Positions 25,901 to 40,100 of a DNA stretch of 64,000 bases are shown here, in pieces. The DNA lies in the NCBI GenBank assembly GCA_951406725.2, contig OX597830.1:58032001-58096000 (forward strand). Reading direction: 5' to 3'. Under the pieces are notes generated by a model, which worked only from the letters and a program-made list of their open reading frames with translations, ran no database searches and was not told the origin of the DNA. The translations under genes and the position numbers were made by a program. How positions within the stretch are numbered: the stretch's first letter is position 1; each line of letters starts with the position of its first letter. This DNA is from Octopus vulgaris. Taxonomy: Eukaryota.

Positions 25901-28900
25901 CACCCAATTAGGCCTCCGACTTCCAATCATTCAAGAATACTTCTCCACTTGTCTGAGTGACGTTCCACTAATACGTAGATCTGAGGGAGAGCTGGCTGCT
26001 CTATCTAACAAGTCAAATGACTATGTAGATGCTCCTTTGTCTGAGAAGGAAGAGCTGTGTTCACAGATTAAAGAGTTTTCTTTTAAATTTATAAAACAGT
26101 AGAGTTATAAGTCTATATTGCTGTGGATGAGATGGAACCTTGCACATTCACTTTCTGAAACAAAACGAAATTGGAGAATTGTATCTGATGCAAGAAAAGG
26201 ACAGAAAAATGCTTTGAAATTGCAATCTATAGATATAATGTTTGATAGCATAACTCACCCATGGAGTGGGTGGGTATTTGGGTGAGTGAGTGAGTGAGTG
26301 AGAGAGTCAAGGTAGTTTGGTTGCTGAGTAAAAGCTTTGGAATACTTGATCACGAATGTGTGAGTATGTATATATGTGTGTATATATACATACAAGCACA
26401 CACAGAATGTATGAAGGTAAAAGCTTTGGAATACTTGATCACGAATGTGTGAGTATGTATATATGTGTGTATATATACATACAAGCACACACAGAATGTA
26501 TGAAGGTAAGCACCCATTAGAGAGTGTGATCAGTTTAAATAATGGGGAGATAAAAAGAATTCAGTGGGATCTAAGGCGTACTGGCAAGAGTAATAGAAGG
26601 TAGGTAGAGAAGTTGTAGTAATTAGAGTCGTTAACGTGAGGGCAAATCTCACCAACAGACTAAAAACTCAATCCCACAGAAATTTTGTTCTTAGTTCTGC
26701 CTCTTTTATCTACAAGACACCTTGATCCTTTGAACTTTAGGTTGCTAATTAATTTTATCCAGTTACGTGATTTTGTATATCTAATCCAGTGTCCTTCCTT
26801 ATTTAAAATGATATAAGCATGTTATTTGACTACCTTTTCTAGCACACCATGCAAACTGCTGGGCATCAAAGGCTTTAGATATTGGCTGATGTTTTCACAA
26901 ATAACAACTGTACTAGTTTAGTAACGTAACACAAATGGATGAAGAATTCTGGGTGAAATAATGCCATGAATGCTGAAGGAGTGTATCCACGATAGAAACA
27001 GATCAAAGACTTAGGAAGATGAAATCCTTGTAAATCTTTGAATTCTGGAATTTTTAATGGAGCAAGATAGATACACATGGAGGAATTCTAATATTACAGA
27101 CCTATACACCCCATAGCAGAATGGAAAGAGATTTAAAAAAAAAAGACAATGGTGGTGGTAATAGTAGCTGTGAACCAGGCAGACAGCAACTACTTCTGGA
27201 CCTGGTAACAGACAATTCCAGAGATAATTTGTACACTGTACAAAGGAACACTAAATATCAACATAACTTATATTAATATAGTCAAGAGAATTTAAGAAAA
27301 ACAAAAACACACCATCATCATTTAATGTCCGTGTTCCATGCTAGCATGGATGGAACAGTACCACAACAGCCGGCCAGGCCGAAGCCTGCTCCAAACTTCT
27401 GTGACTGTTTTGGTAGGATCTTTACAGCTGGATGCCCTTCCTAACACCAACTGCTCAACAGAGTGGACTTAATGCTTCTTATGTGGCACAAGCACAGGTG
27501 AGGTCAGTTTTGGCAAGGTTTTTACAGCTGGATGCTCTTCCTAACACCAACCGCTCAACATAAATCTATGCAATAATTGTAAAATAATTATACATCCATT
27601 TCATTTGTATTTGCACAAAAATAAAAGCCAATCATTTTCTAAGTTGCAAGAATCTAAAGAGCCAGTGATAGCAATAACCATTTTGCATTTGTACAGGCCA
27701 TATCACGCTAGATCTGGCCAGTTTGAACACCAAGCAGGTAGAATATTTGAGCCTGTCACACCTGTCTCATAATGTCATTCTAAAAATAAACAATCACACC
27801 ATTGAAATTTTGAAGCTATGAGATAATGCAAGATTCATTCAAAACAAGGAAAATAAGGATTACATTTGACAGGATAATCTGAATGCTAAAGACTTAACTA
27901 GATTAGAGATAAAACTTCCTTTGGACAGTCCTGTACTTGACTTTAGGTAACTTTCCCTGAGTTAAGGTGTGTGAGCCAATAAACCAATCAAAAGGATAGA
28001 AACTGTTGGGTTCCTGATTACTTCCTTGTGCCTGTCCCCTATCAATACTGCCAAGCACACACACTCACTTAAAAATAAGATCAACACATTATCAATAGTC
28101 CTTAGTGACTGAATAAAATTCAAGGAAGCAAGTGAAGTTCTTATGGCCAATGATAGTACCACCTGACTGGGTGGAAATACCTACGTAGGTAAGTTTAAAA
28201 TATGATGGAAATACCTACGTAGGTAAGTTTAAAAAGCACCATTTGAGTAGGGTCAATGCCAGTGCCACCTTACTGGCTCCCGTGCCAGTGGCACGTAAAA
28301 AAACACTATTCGAGTGTGGTTGATGCCAGTGCCACCTTACTGGCTCCCGTGCCGGTGGCACGTAAAAAAACACTATTCGAGTGTGGTTGATGCCAGTGCT
28401 GCCTGACTGGCCCCTGTGCCGGTGGCACGTAAAAAAACACTATTCGAGTGTGGTTGATGCCAGTGCCGCCTGACTGGCCCCATGCCGGTGGCACGTAAAA
28501 AAACACTATTCGAGTGTGGTTGATGCCAGTGCCGCCTGACTGGCCCCATGCTGGTGGCACGTAAAAAGCACCCACTACACTCTCAGAGTGGTTGGCATTA
28601 GGAAGGGCATCTAGCTATAGAGACCTTGCCAGATCGGATTGGAACCTGGCACAGCCTCCTGGTTTGCCAGCTCTCAGTCATACCATCCAACCCATGGAAA
28701 GCAGATGTTAAACAATGACGATGACGACGATGGAAATACCTACATAAGTAAGTTTAAGCATTGATACAGTAAAAGATGAACTAATTTTAGGCTAAATGGT
28801 TAAATATCTCTAATGCAAAGTTACTGAGAATTTATAATAAATAAGGTTATTAATCATAACATGAACAAAATCTTCATCAATTAGAATACAGATTTATATA

Positions 28901-30891
28901 TACATCACAGTAACGACCAGGCAGTCAGGTGTTATACCTCACTGATCACAATGCGCTTCAAATTGTTTTAGGCTTTTGAATAATGCCACCCCACTGGCTA
29001 GGCGAGCAGGCCTGACTGAAAGGCTATTCTGTCATAGGGTATAAGGTTACCCATTTATAGCTCAGTGGACAGGAACAACATGAAATGAAGTGTTCAGCAT
29101 AAAAAAACATCACTGTCAAGGAATTGAACCTATGATCTAGTGATCATGAATGCAAAATCTTAACCACTGGGCCATGTACCTTTACACACTATATATATAT
29201 TCTTTTATTTGTTTCAGTCATTTGACTGCAGCCATGCTGGAGCACTGCTTCTAGGCAAACAAATCGATCCCAGAACTTATTCTTTGTAAACCTAGTACTT
29301 GTTCTATTGGTCTCTTTTGCGGAACCGCTAAGTTACGGGGACATAAACACACCAACATTGGTTGCAAGCAATTGTGGGTAAATAAACAGGCACACAAACA
29401 CACACATATATATATATATATATAGAAAAAAAGATGGACTTCTTTCAGTTTCTGCCTACCAAATTCACTCACAAAGCTTTGGTCGGCCCAAGGCTATAGT
29501 AGAAGACACTTGCCCAAGGTGTCACGCAGTGGGACTGAACTCAGAACCATGTGGTTGGTAAGCAAGCTACTTACCACACAGCTACTCCTGCGCCTATATC
29601 ATCATCATCATTGTTTAATGTCTGCTTTCCATGCTGGCATGGGTTGGACGGTTTGATTGAGGATTGGTGAGCCAGAGGCTGCACCAGGCTCAATCTGATC
29701 TGGCAGTTTCTACAGCTAGATGCCCTTCCTAATGCCAACCACTCAGAAAGTGTTGTAGGTGCCTTTTTCGTGCCACTGGCATGAGGGCCAGTCAAGCGGT
29801 TCTGGCAGTGACTATGCTCAAAAGGTGTGCATTTTACGTACTACCTGCATGGGAGCCAGTCTGGCAACGACCACACTTGAATGTTGATTTTCATGTGCCA
29901 CTGGCAACGATCACGCTCGGATGTGCTTTTAATGCTCCACTGGCACAAGTGCCAATCAGGCGGCACTGTCATCAGCCACGTCACCGATTTTGATTTGTTT
30001 ACAGTTGCCTCAATAGGTCTTCGCAAGCAAAGGTCATGCCCATTCCAACCTCTTACATCAAATACATCATCTCATGTGGTCCTACCATCTATTTTTCAAA
30101 ACAGAGTGAGATTTCAGGGAAATTTGTCTTCTATTTCTAACGAGTCGAGTGAACACACAGAGGCTTCTTTCTTGTCTCATGTTTTTGTTTAGCACCAAGT
30201 CAGCCCTCATCAAGCAGATCTTATGGTCAAATGCATTTCAACCGTGACCATCCAGTTTTTTTTATACATCAGGGACTACACTGTCCAATATGTCTTTTCT
30301 TTTTTAACACAGAGTGTGGTCTGAGGAGCTTTGGTTATTTCTTGCAGGTTAAGCAACAGTCAAACAATTCCGTCAGTGGTTTGTTCCCTGAATTAGTTAT
30401 TAACTACAGAATCAATTTATTTTAAACATATCACTGTGGCTTACGAAAGTTTTAAACGTAGGTTTGTTAAATCTCAGATTCCTAGGTTAGAAGGAAATAA
30501 TTATGACGAGTTTGTCCTTCCTTAAGGAAATTGACAATGTAGGATGTTAAGCTGGGAATCAAAATCGATCGTCTACTTCAATTCCCAATAGTTCCATTTC
30601 CAGTGCACCCCCCTCCAAATCTATGACATTTGTTACAACGGATCAATAAACGTTCTGAAAAAGAACAAATGTAAAGTTGAACATGTTTTTATTCATACAA
30701 TTTACTCGAGTATATTTACCACAACAAATAGTTAATACATGCACAAACAAATAATTTAACTATCCAGTCCGAACACACACACACACACACACACATAAAA
30801 GTGCCATAACAATTGCTAATCTGTCTCAAATGTGTCAAGCTAATTTTACGTGACAGAACATCTCATTGACTTGACCACAGATTAAAGTAAC

Positions 30892-30924
<33 letters not shown>

Positions 30925-33900
30925 GAACGAATGGGGAAAAGATATTTTGAAATTCAAAATGATAGCTTAGTAATTGAAGTGAGGGAAAGTAAGGTTTCGT
31001 TTTCAATTTCGAATCCTCACATTTCCCGTCTTAGATTCACAACCTGCAGACGCGAGGAGAGAAAAAATAGGCGTCTTGTGGACGATGATTTAGGTTTTAA
31101 ATCTCATCCAAAGACATCAACCTTTTCGTAATTTAGTTAACAGAAAGGAAACCAGCCACGGATTGGCACAAGATGTGCAGACTTTATGTTAAATCACAGA
31201 TTAGTAAGAGACAACCTTCGTCTAGGAAATAATGGTAAACATTTCTTTAGTCAAACATACAAATGGGTGTATCAAATAAAAATCAAGATTTACTCAGAGT
31301 TATTTCAAGTTTCAACCTTTTAAACAAACCACCCATGAAAATTCTACAAAATACAGTCTTGAGAAAATAAATAATGGGATTGTTAGCCACAAAATCAAAC
31401 ATTTTTATTTGTATTTTTGTTAAATGTGCAGTGAACAAAACAATAAATCTTCGTTTCCAAATTCATCTTTAAAAGTTGTAAATTGTTGTTTCGGTAAGGT
31501 TTTCCCATTTTCGCCGATGGAACCAAAGCGTCTTCCAAAGAACTACTCTTTAATGATTCTAAAACCTTTGTGTTCCAAACAGGGTATATTCTGCCGATTA
31601 GAAAACGTGCACTTGTCGATGCGAGACGAAGGGCTGCCTACCTCACATAACCATATTTTCATCTTCTCCACATTCGCTTCGCTTCCTTGTAAGTTACCCT
31701 TCACGGTACCCTGGTAGGTGTTCAATACCCAGCCAGCTAAGTTCAGACTTATTGCCTTTTCGTACGTGTGCTTTCGGAAGAATACACCTTGTACAATACC
31801 GAAAACTTCAAAGTCAACGGATACAAGATTTGTTAAACGTTCAGTCATGTTGCAAAGCAGAAGAGACGATCACCGAGAGGCAAAAACGGCGAATTTGACA
31901 AAATCGGAATTAGTAAACACGGCGCGGGAACTGAGAATTACTTCCCTTTGCTAACCTCTCCCTTGCTTCCCTTGCAATTATAATTCCTTTGACATCTCAG
32001 CTTCTTTCTAGGAATATTAAACCTATCTCAGAATTTGGCTGCTAATTTATTTTATCAACGCCACACGAATGAAAAGTTAGAATGTGATAGGAGGAGAAAA
32101 AACAAACTAAGCAAACTATATTGGTCCAGGGATATAGAACCATTGACTCTTAAGTATAAACTATAACTAACTTATGTTCTTATCACCATTTTTGAAAAAA
32201 ACATAGCACATGAATAATGCTTACAGGAATCATCGGTTGATACTCTTAAAATAATTCATATCCTTATCTAGTTTTCATTAATAATTCATTTTCTGAACTA
32301 AGAACACAAAGAACCATAAAGTTTGCCATTAATGAGTTTGTCAGCTGACCACCTTATTTTGGAGAATGATGTAATTTCAAACATTTTATCTTCTTGAATC
32401 AAAGACAATTTACTGTCATTATCATCAATAAACTACCATTGGTTGGACTAAAAATGAAATTACTTTAAGTGGTGTTACTGTTGATAATTTTAGTTAGCAA
32501 CATATCTTTGTAAAATGTCCTGTTATTTTTACAACTAAAACATTTATCAAAAGTAAGATTCTCTGCAGACATGGAAGATTTTATAGATTCACAAAAAACA
32601 AAAAAAAAAATCACTTTTAACCTGAATTAAAGATGATTTGTTAACAGCAGCCACATTAAAATTGTGGTAATTTGTTGTAATACTGTCTTTGTAGACATAG
32701 AATTATAGAAATAACATCCTGCAAAAATAATGGTTTTTCCACTCTTAGGAAGCAAAATAAGCTATGGTAGATTGCATTTCATTTACCTTCCTTGTTAAGT
32801 GCTAGGCACAAAGCATCTCTAAGAACCAAAAATAAAGTCAGCCAAACATGAGTAATTAATAGTAACAATTAATTATAATCACAATAACAACCCCTTAACA
32901 GAAACGATAAGAACACCACCACCAGCTAAGCAGTAGAACAGCTACATCAAGCCAACAAGGAAACCTCTACATGGTTACATGACCTGCTAGACATAGGAGT
33001 CAAATGTATACAACCACTTTAAAAAGAAGATACTGTGTGAAGAAGACAGAATGGTCATGACTGGAAGGTATCATTGGTTTGCTTCTTTAGGGTTGGCCTC
33101 AAGCTAAACAACAACAGCAACAGCTAAATTATAGTTTAATCCAAGTAATTCCTTCTGACTTGTATTTGAGTGTGGTTTTGCTATTGTTTAATCAATAAAA
33201 GATAAAAGTTAAGATGCAAATAACTTCATCCATGAAAGGAATCAAACTTATGGAATAACCAAAAGTCCTCGCCTGCCACCAAGATAATATAGCCAGGGCT
33301 GGCCCTACGGTTGCTGGTGCCCCGGGCAAGCTGAAGTTCAGTACCCTTACAAGAATAATTTTTTGAAACTTTCACAAAGATGAAGACTGAAAATGTAGAC
33401 TAAAAAGCCCATGGCATCCCGGGTGACTGTCTGAGTTGCTGGTGCCTTGAGCTGGCCCTGAACATAGCCAACCTCTACAGAGGTTGGCTAAATTATCTTT
33501 TGGTGTTTAGTCAGAGGTGGGGGACTCAATTTTTGATAGCAAAGATACAAGTGATAAGCCATGATCCACTGACCTCTTTAATCCATTGACCTCTTGCTGT
33601 CTGAATCACTTTCAACTAGGCTATCTGCTGCTTAATACACTAAACAAGTTTTTAACACATTCCTACTATGTTCCGAATTATAAATCCTTGTGAATTAACC
33701 TAAGCCAGTGAATACCAAGGGGTATCTAGGTGTTGCAGAGATTTAAACCTATAAATTAAGGTTTTTGAAAAAATACACAAGTGCTTAAACAACTTGAAAA
33801 AACATATTTGTAATTTTCTTCTACACAAATACAATCAACAAACAAAGCAATGATTTTTGATATTTTTTTCTTAATTTTAAACTTTAAAACGGTTTTATGT

Positions 33901-34141
33901 TTATTTTTTTTTACTTTCCAGATGAAGAGTGCCAGTTAATTGTTTTTATTTGATGTCCAGTGAACCATGAAGTCATAAAGATAGGGAGCCACTGGCCTAA
34001 ATATTAACTTTCTAATAACTCCATACATATTGGTAAACTTTAAAATTAAGAAGAATCATCAATCATTTGATGAGAGAATTTTGTGTTATAATCGTCAACA
34101 ACATTGAAACTATTTAACAGTGTTTTGTTATTCTGGGAGTG

Positions 34142-34176
<35 letters not shown>

Positions 34177-37100
34177 GGGTAAATTGTTGCCATTTTATAA
34201 TTTTAATTTCACACATGTGCATTGTTTGTTTTTGATTTTGTTAACTACACAGTATAGTAGGGTCAGCTGGGCACTGTTGGCAAGAAAAACAGCACTGTAG
34301 CACAATTCACTCTGCCAGAAATTTGGAAACGACATGCTGTACTGCTTCGCATTTGCACTGGCAGCTCCAATACGAGCATTTCAGAGTGTTTGGGTGTTAA
34401 TCTGAGGACATGTACCAAAAGTCATAAAAATCAAACATCCAATCAACATCATGGTGTTTGGAGTGCTCGCTAGTGATGGTGATGTTATGCCTCCATTCAT
34501 CTTCCCACATGGCCTCAGACTCAACATGGAGGCCTACATCAAGTGCCTGGAGGAGGTAGTGCTGCCTGGGTTAAGAGAGTGGCTGCTGGAAGACCAACAG
34601 GACTCTGCACCATGCCACACAAGCAGGAGAATCCATTCATGGCTTTCAGACAATTTCTGCGACCACGCCACCTCTAACATCTGGCTACCAAACTCCTCAG
34701 ACTGCAACCCCCTTGATTATTATGTGTAGGGCGCAGTTGAGTGAGAGACCAACAAAACTCCTTTGTAACACCAAAGATGAACTGAAGGAAAGGGTTATGG
34801 CAGCATTCACCAACTTAAACAAGGAGACTGTCCAGAAGAGTTGCAGGAGATTTGGAAGTCGTCTGGAGGCCATGGCTAAAGCCAATAGCGATTTTATAGA
34901 ATAAATTTACTCTTTAGTATTTCAATATATTTTTATGTAATTTTGGTAAATATATCTGTTAAAATGAGATGTCAGTGTTTTCATTTTTGCATAATTTAGA
35001 TGACCGTTTATTCACCACATGTATATATATGTGTGTGTGTCACAAACGTGAGTACACATGTACATTGATTAATTATCATCATTTAATGTCTGTCTTCCAA
35101 GCTGGAATGTGGTTCAACAGGATCCAATAAGCTAGAGGACTCGAATGTCAACTTTGCAATGAAGAACTAGAAGTGGTTCAGGAAGGAAGATGGGATGCAT
35201 TGGTAGAATGGAAAGGGTGGAGAGCAACAGTGGAATAAAACCGTAGATGGATGAGAAATAAGAACGTGATGCATGGAATAGATAGATAATATATAAGGTA
35301 TAATGCTTGAATAGGTAAAGTTGCTGCAGCATGGCCAAATGGCTTAACTCTTTGGTAGTCAGATTATTCTGTCAAATGTAATGATTTTTCATTCAGATTA
35401 TTTTTAATTAATCTTGTACTATTTTGCACCTTTGAAATTTTGATGATGTGATTGTATATTTTATAATGACATTGAAGGGAAAGCGTGACAGGCTGGATCT
35501 GGCTGGTTAGAACATAAAATGGGTAGCATATTTGGGGTGGATATGACTGGTTTAAATGCTAAAGGGTTAAGAAGTTTGATTGCCAATCACGAGGTTGTGG
35601 GTTTAGTCCCACTGCCATTACAAGTGCCTCGTTTCAATCCAAGCTTTGTGAGTAAAATTAGGTAAAATGGAAACAGTGTGGAAGCCCGTCAGATGGTTTG
35701 TACTTGGAATTCAAAAAGTCCAGTTTGCCACATATTGTGTCATGCTGATTCTGACTGAAAATCACATTAAAAGGTACATGGAATATTCAGCCACCTATAA
35801 ATTCAATGAAGATCAAACAACTGAATCCTCATTGTTGAACCACCTTGTGGCTCTTTAAGTTTTGAGTTCAAATCTTGCCAAGGCCAATTTTTCCCTTCCA
35901 TCCTCACGGTGATCAATAAAACAAGGTATCAGTCAGGTAAAGGATTGATTAACCTTTCTCTCTCAATTTTCTGGATTTATGTCATCATCATCATCATCAT
36001 TTAACATCCATTGTTCATGCTGGCATGGGTTGGATGGTTTGACCAGAGCTGGCAAGCTGGAAGGCTACACCAGACTCCAGTCTGATTTGGCATGGCTTTC
36101 TACAGCTGGATGCCCTTCCTAATGCCAACCACTCAACTACTCACTATGTCAGAACCAATTATTAAACTACATAAGGGCAGTGGATTGACAGAATTGCTAA
36201 AACACAGGACAAAATGCAATCCTGTCCCCACAAAAGGTTTAACTGTTTGCCTTTGTTAGAAATTATCATTAAATTGCATATTGTATACACACACACACAC
36301 ACACATGAAAACGTTGTAGTAATGATTAATTCTAGAAAATGTCTTACTGTATTTTCTGGAAACTCTTGTTTGAGTGGAGAAATGTCTGGCTTCGATTCCT
36401 CTTTCTTTCTTGATGATTTATGAGATTCACCTGAGTGTTTACGTTTTGGACTCTCATCGACGTGGCTCTTATATTTTACAGTCTTCTCATGATGTCTGAG
36501 CTGAAGAGAAAGAAAAAAAAAGAAACAATTAGGAAACATGTATGGATGTGTGGTTAAGAAGCTTGCCTCCCAACTACAAGGTTCTAGGTTCAATACCATT
36601 GTGGAGCAGTGTCTTCTACTATAGCCCAGGGCTGACCAATGCCTTGCAATTGAATTTGGTAGATGAAAACTAAAAGAAACCTATTGTGTGTGTGTTTAGT
36701 GCCCTCCAATGGTCACTACAAGAAGTGCTGTTGTTTGTTGTCATTTCTGTCAACTGCTTGTTTGCTCCTTTTGTGCTTTCACAGACATGTGAAACAAGAT
36801 TTCTGACTTCAATAAGTAACAGGAAGAGCATCCAACTGTAAAACAATGCCTCAATAATATATTTGTCAAACCCATTCAAGCATGGAGAAAAAGGGATATA
36901 TTTGTCAAACCCATTCAAGCATGGAGAAAAAGGGATATAAAATGAAAGAATGAACAAACAGGTGAGTTAAACCATTGGCTGGAAATTCAATGCTAAAGTT
37001 GTGAGGTTTCTAACACATTATGATCTCCATGAAGGTGGTGTTCTAACAGGGTCTTATGTGTGAGTCTGAAACTATCTATCAGTTCAGTTTTGCTGCCCAT

Positions 37101-40100
37101 CATTCCTTAGAAGGCTATGGCAGCAGAGTGCTCAGACACCACCTCCATGTCTTCAAATCAAGCATATGCCTTTCAGCAAATGATTGCTTTGTAAACCTAG
37201 AAAAGTTGTATAACTGAGTACAGGGGACATACAGTGGTAGGTTTTGCAAGGGTTTGGGAGTAACGGGTAACTTCTGTTTACTATGAGGTCCCCATACAAA
37301 TACTCAGATATTCTGATACATGGTCAAAATGTCCCAATGTGGGTGTTGGACCTCAGCAAGGGTGCGTATTATCACCACTCCTTTTCCTAACTTTTAAAAA
37401 ACTGTACCGACATAGACAGCTGTTGTGGAAGTGTATCATAAGCCGTGGATGGAGGATCAATTGGCTGAAATAAACCAAGGAAATAAAAATTATAAAAAAG
37501 ATATACATAGTTGTAAGTTCAAACTTAGGTACCAAATACTGTTGTGCATTTGAGCAAGGCACTGCCTAGTTGACAGTCGAGCAATTGGCCAGCAGGAAGA
37601 GTGAGGTGTCCCTTTTTAAAAGCAATTTATCCACCAAAGATCTGCTCAATTATAGCTGACCTGGGGTTAAGCAGTAATAAGAAACAATAAAAGAATTCCC
37701 TAATTACTCACAGATGCTTCAGAATTTTCTTTCCTTCTTTCTTCTTTTGGTTTTCTTTCATTTCCCTGCAATGAAACCACAAAGATCTACTCATATAATT
37801 TTCTCTAATGAAAATAGCCCCTACCTCACGGATGGGGAACCCCACACTTTCAAGTGAAATCTCTCCCACATTTAAATTTGGAATCACACTTAACCAAGTC
37901 TCCCAAAACCACATAAATGAAATGCCTTAAGCCTTATAAGTTTCACATGAATGAATTTGTAAAATTAAAGATGCATTATTTTTCTCAGTAAAGATGTGCC
38001 TTTGGTAAGTTCTTCTCTAAGAATGAAATCTCTGTTCTATGTAGTCACTCGACCTGCTAGAAATAGTAGCAAAATTTCCTTCAAATTACACTTTACTGTC
38101 TTAATAGTAGAAAATAGAAAATATATGTAGGCTCATGAGGGGCAGTTTCCCGGTTTCAATGGCGTATATAATCCTCACCTGGACGGGACGCTGATCTAGT
38201 GCAGGATTATTCATTTTTACCAGCTGAGTGGACTGGAGCAACATGAAATAAAGTGTTTTTCTCAAGAACACAATGGATCACCTGGTCCAGGAATTGAAAC
38301 CACAATCTTATGATCATGAGTCAAACACCCTAACCACTAAGCCACCTAATAGTAGAAAGGAACACATAAAATAAAGTAGCCCTAGATACACACTATCTCT
38401 GAAAGTGAAGAGGATAGGCTGACCACAGCTACAACACTTTCACTGCAAATCTATTTAATCAAGGAGAGCCACCGTTTGTGTTGCCCAGGGCAGTCCTTTA
38501 GTTTTCTACTCCATAATTCAAAAAAAGCATTACTGAAAACATAAATTCCTCCCACTACACAAAACGAAAATGTTGACCAGGGTAGCATGTCCCTCTTGCC
38601 TCCTTTTAACTATCTTTTTATAGCTAAATAACAAAGAACACTTTGTAGGGGGCCAACAGTGAAAAATATTGGGGAATTCAATATCAAACTAGCAGGACCC
38701 ATGAAGATTTCATGGAATTAATGGTAAACCTATTAGGTTATTGCTGAAAACTTTATCCAAAAACTCTGAAAGCGTAGCCTGTGTTGTGTCTGTATGGAAA
38801 GACAGTCGCTCATCTGCTACTCATCGGAAAATGAAAGAAATTGGAATATGATGGTGACTTAATACACTTTATATACTTTATACACAATTTTATAGACTTA
38901 ATACACAGCATTCATAAAATAAATATTTACTTATTTTTCCATTTTTCCCAAAAACAACAAAAAATATTCCATACATATGATACAACCTTTAGTTAAATTG
39001 CATATGTCTGCCAAGAAAATAAGCATGAATATTTCATAGAATTGCACTTATGCACATGTGTTAAGTGATCTGTGATAGAAAATACTTCATCATCATCATC
39101 ATCATCATCATTTAACGTCCGCTTTCCATGCTAGCATGGGTTGGACGGTTCAACTGGGGTCTGGGAAGCCCGAAGGCTGCACCAGGCCAGTCAGATCTGG
39201 CAGTGTTTCTACAGCTGGATGCCCTTCCTAACGCCAACCACTCCGAGAGTGTAATGGGTGATCTTATGTGCCACCGACACTTAGTTCAATTAAATAAAAA
39301 ATACACTTTTCACTATCCAATAACCACCACCTCCATCACCAAATCCCTCTTTGTCTTTCTTTAACCTTACCATCAGAACATCACCCCTCTGCTAAAATTA
39401 TTACGTTCCCCCCCACCTCACATCATGGACACTTCTTTTTCTTTTTCCCTCTTTCTGTCTCACTTTTCACCTTATCTTCTTTTTCTCTTGCCTCTCTTTC
39501 CCTTCAACTGATTACGTGAAAGTGTTACAATTACATTCCCTTTACCTCATGTCATTCACGCTTCTCTCTCCCTCTTTTTCTCTAATCACATGAAAACGTT
39601 ACAATGACAAACAGAATTATAAGATTTTCATTTTACTTACTTCTTCGTATCTGTAATGTTTAGACTTGGAATCTTTCTTTTCTCTTTTCCTGGACGTTTC
39701 TGCCTGAAGATATAAACTGATAATTAGTCGAAGGGCATACGTTTTGCTGCTTCTACATTCTACCACAAAATGTTAAATTGTGTCAAAGATTAGAAGAAGA
39801 AACCAGTTCCAAAATAACCAAATTTAGTTCCTACACAAACATCACATTTCTAATCCTTGTACTCAATGAAAATTAGTTTAATTTACATCCTTCAAACTCT
39901 CCCCCACCCCACTTTTTCTCTCAATCTCTCTCATTTTATAATAAGGATTTTTAACTAACCTCAAAACCAGTTTTTGTACGAGAGATAATATGTCAAAGGA
40001 ATCAGGTCTCCTGCATTACAACTGCTTGTTTTATTGATGTTGCCCACCCAAAATGGCATGTGGTCCTACAGCAAGGCATTTTGGACAAATGTCTTCTACT

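Noticed and set aside
26875-27078. 67 aa minus-strand ORF that looks protein-like
   Set aside because: No splice context, no recognised motif, non-ATG start.
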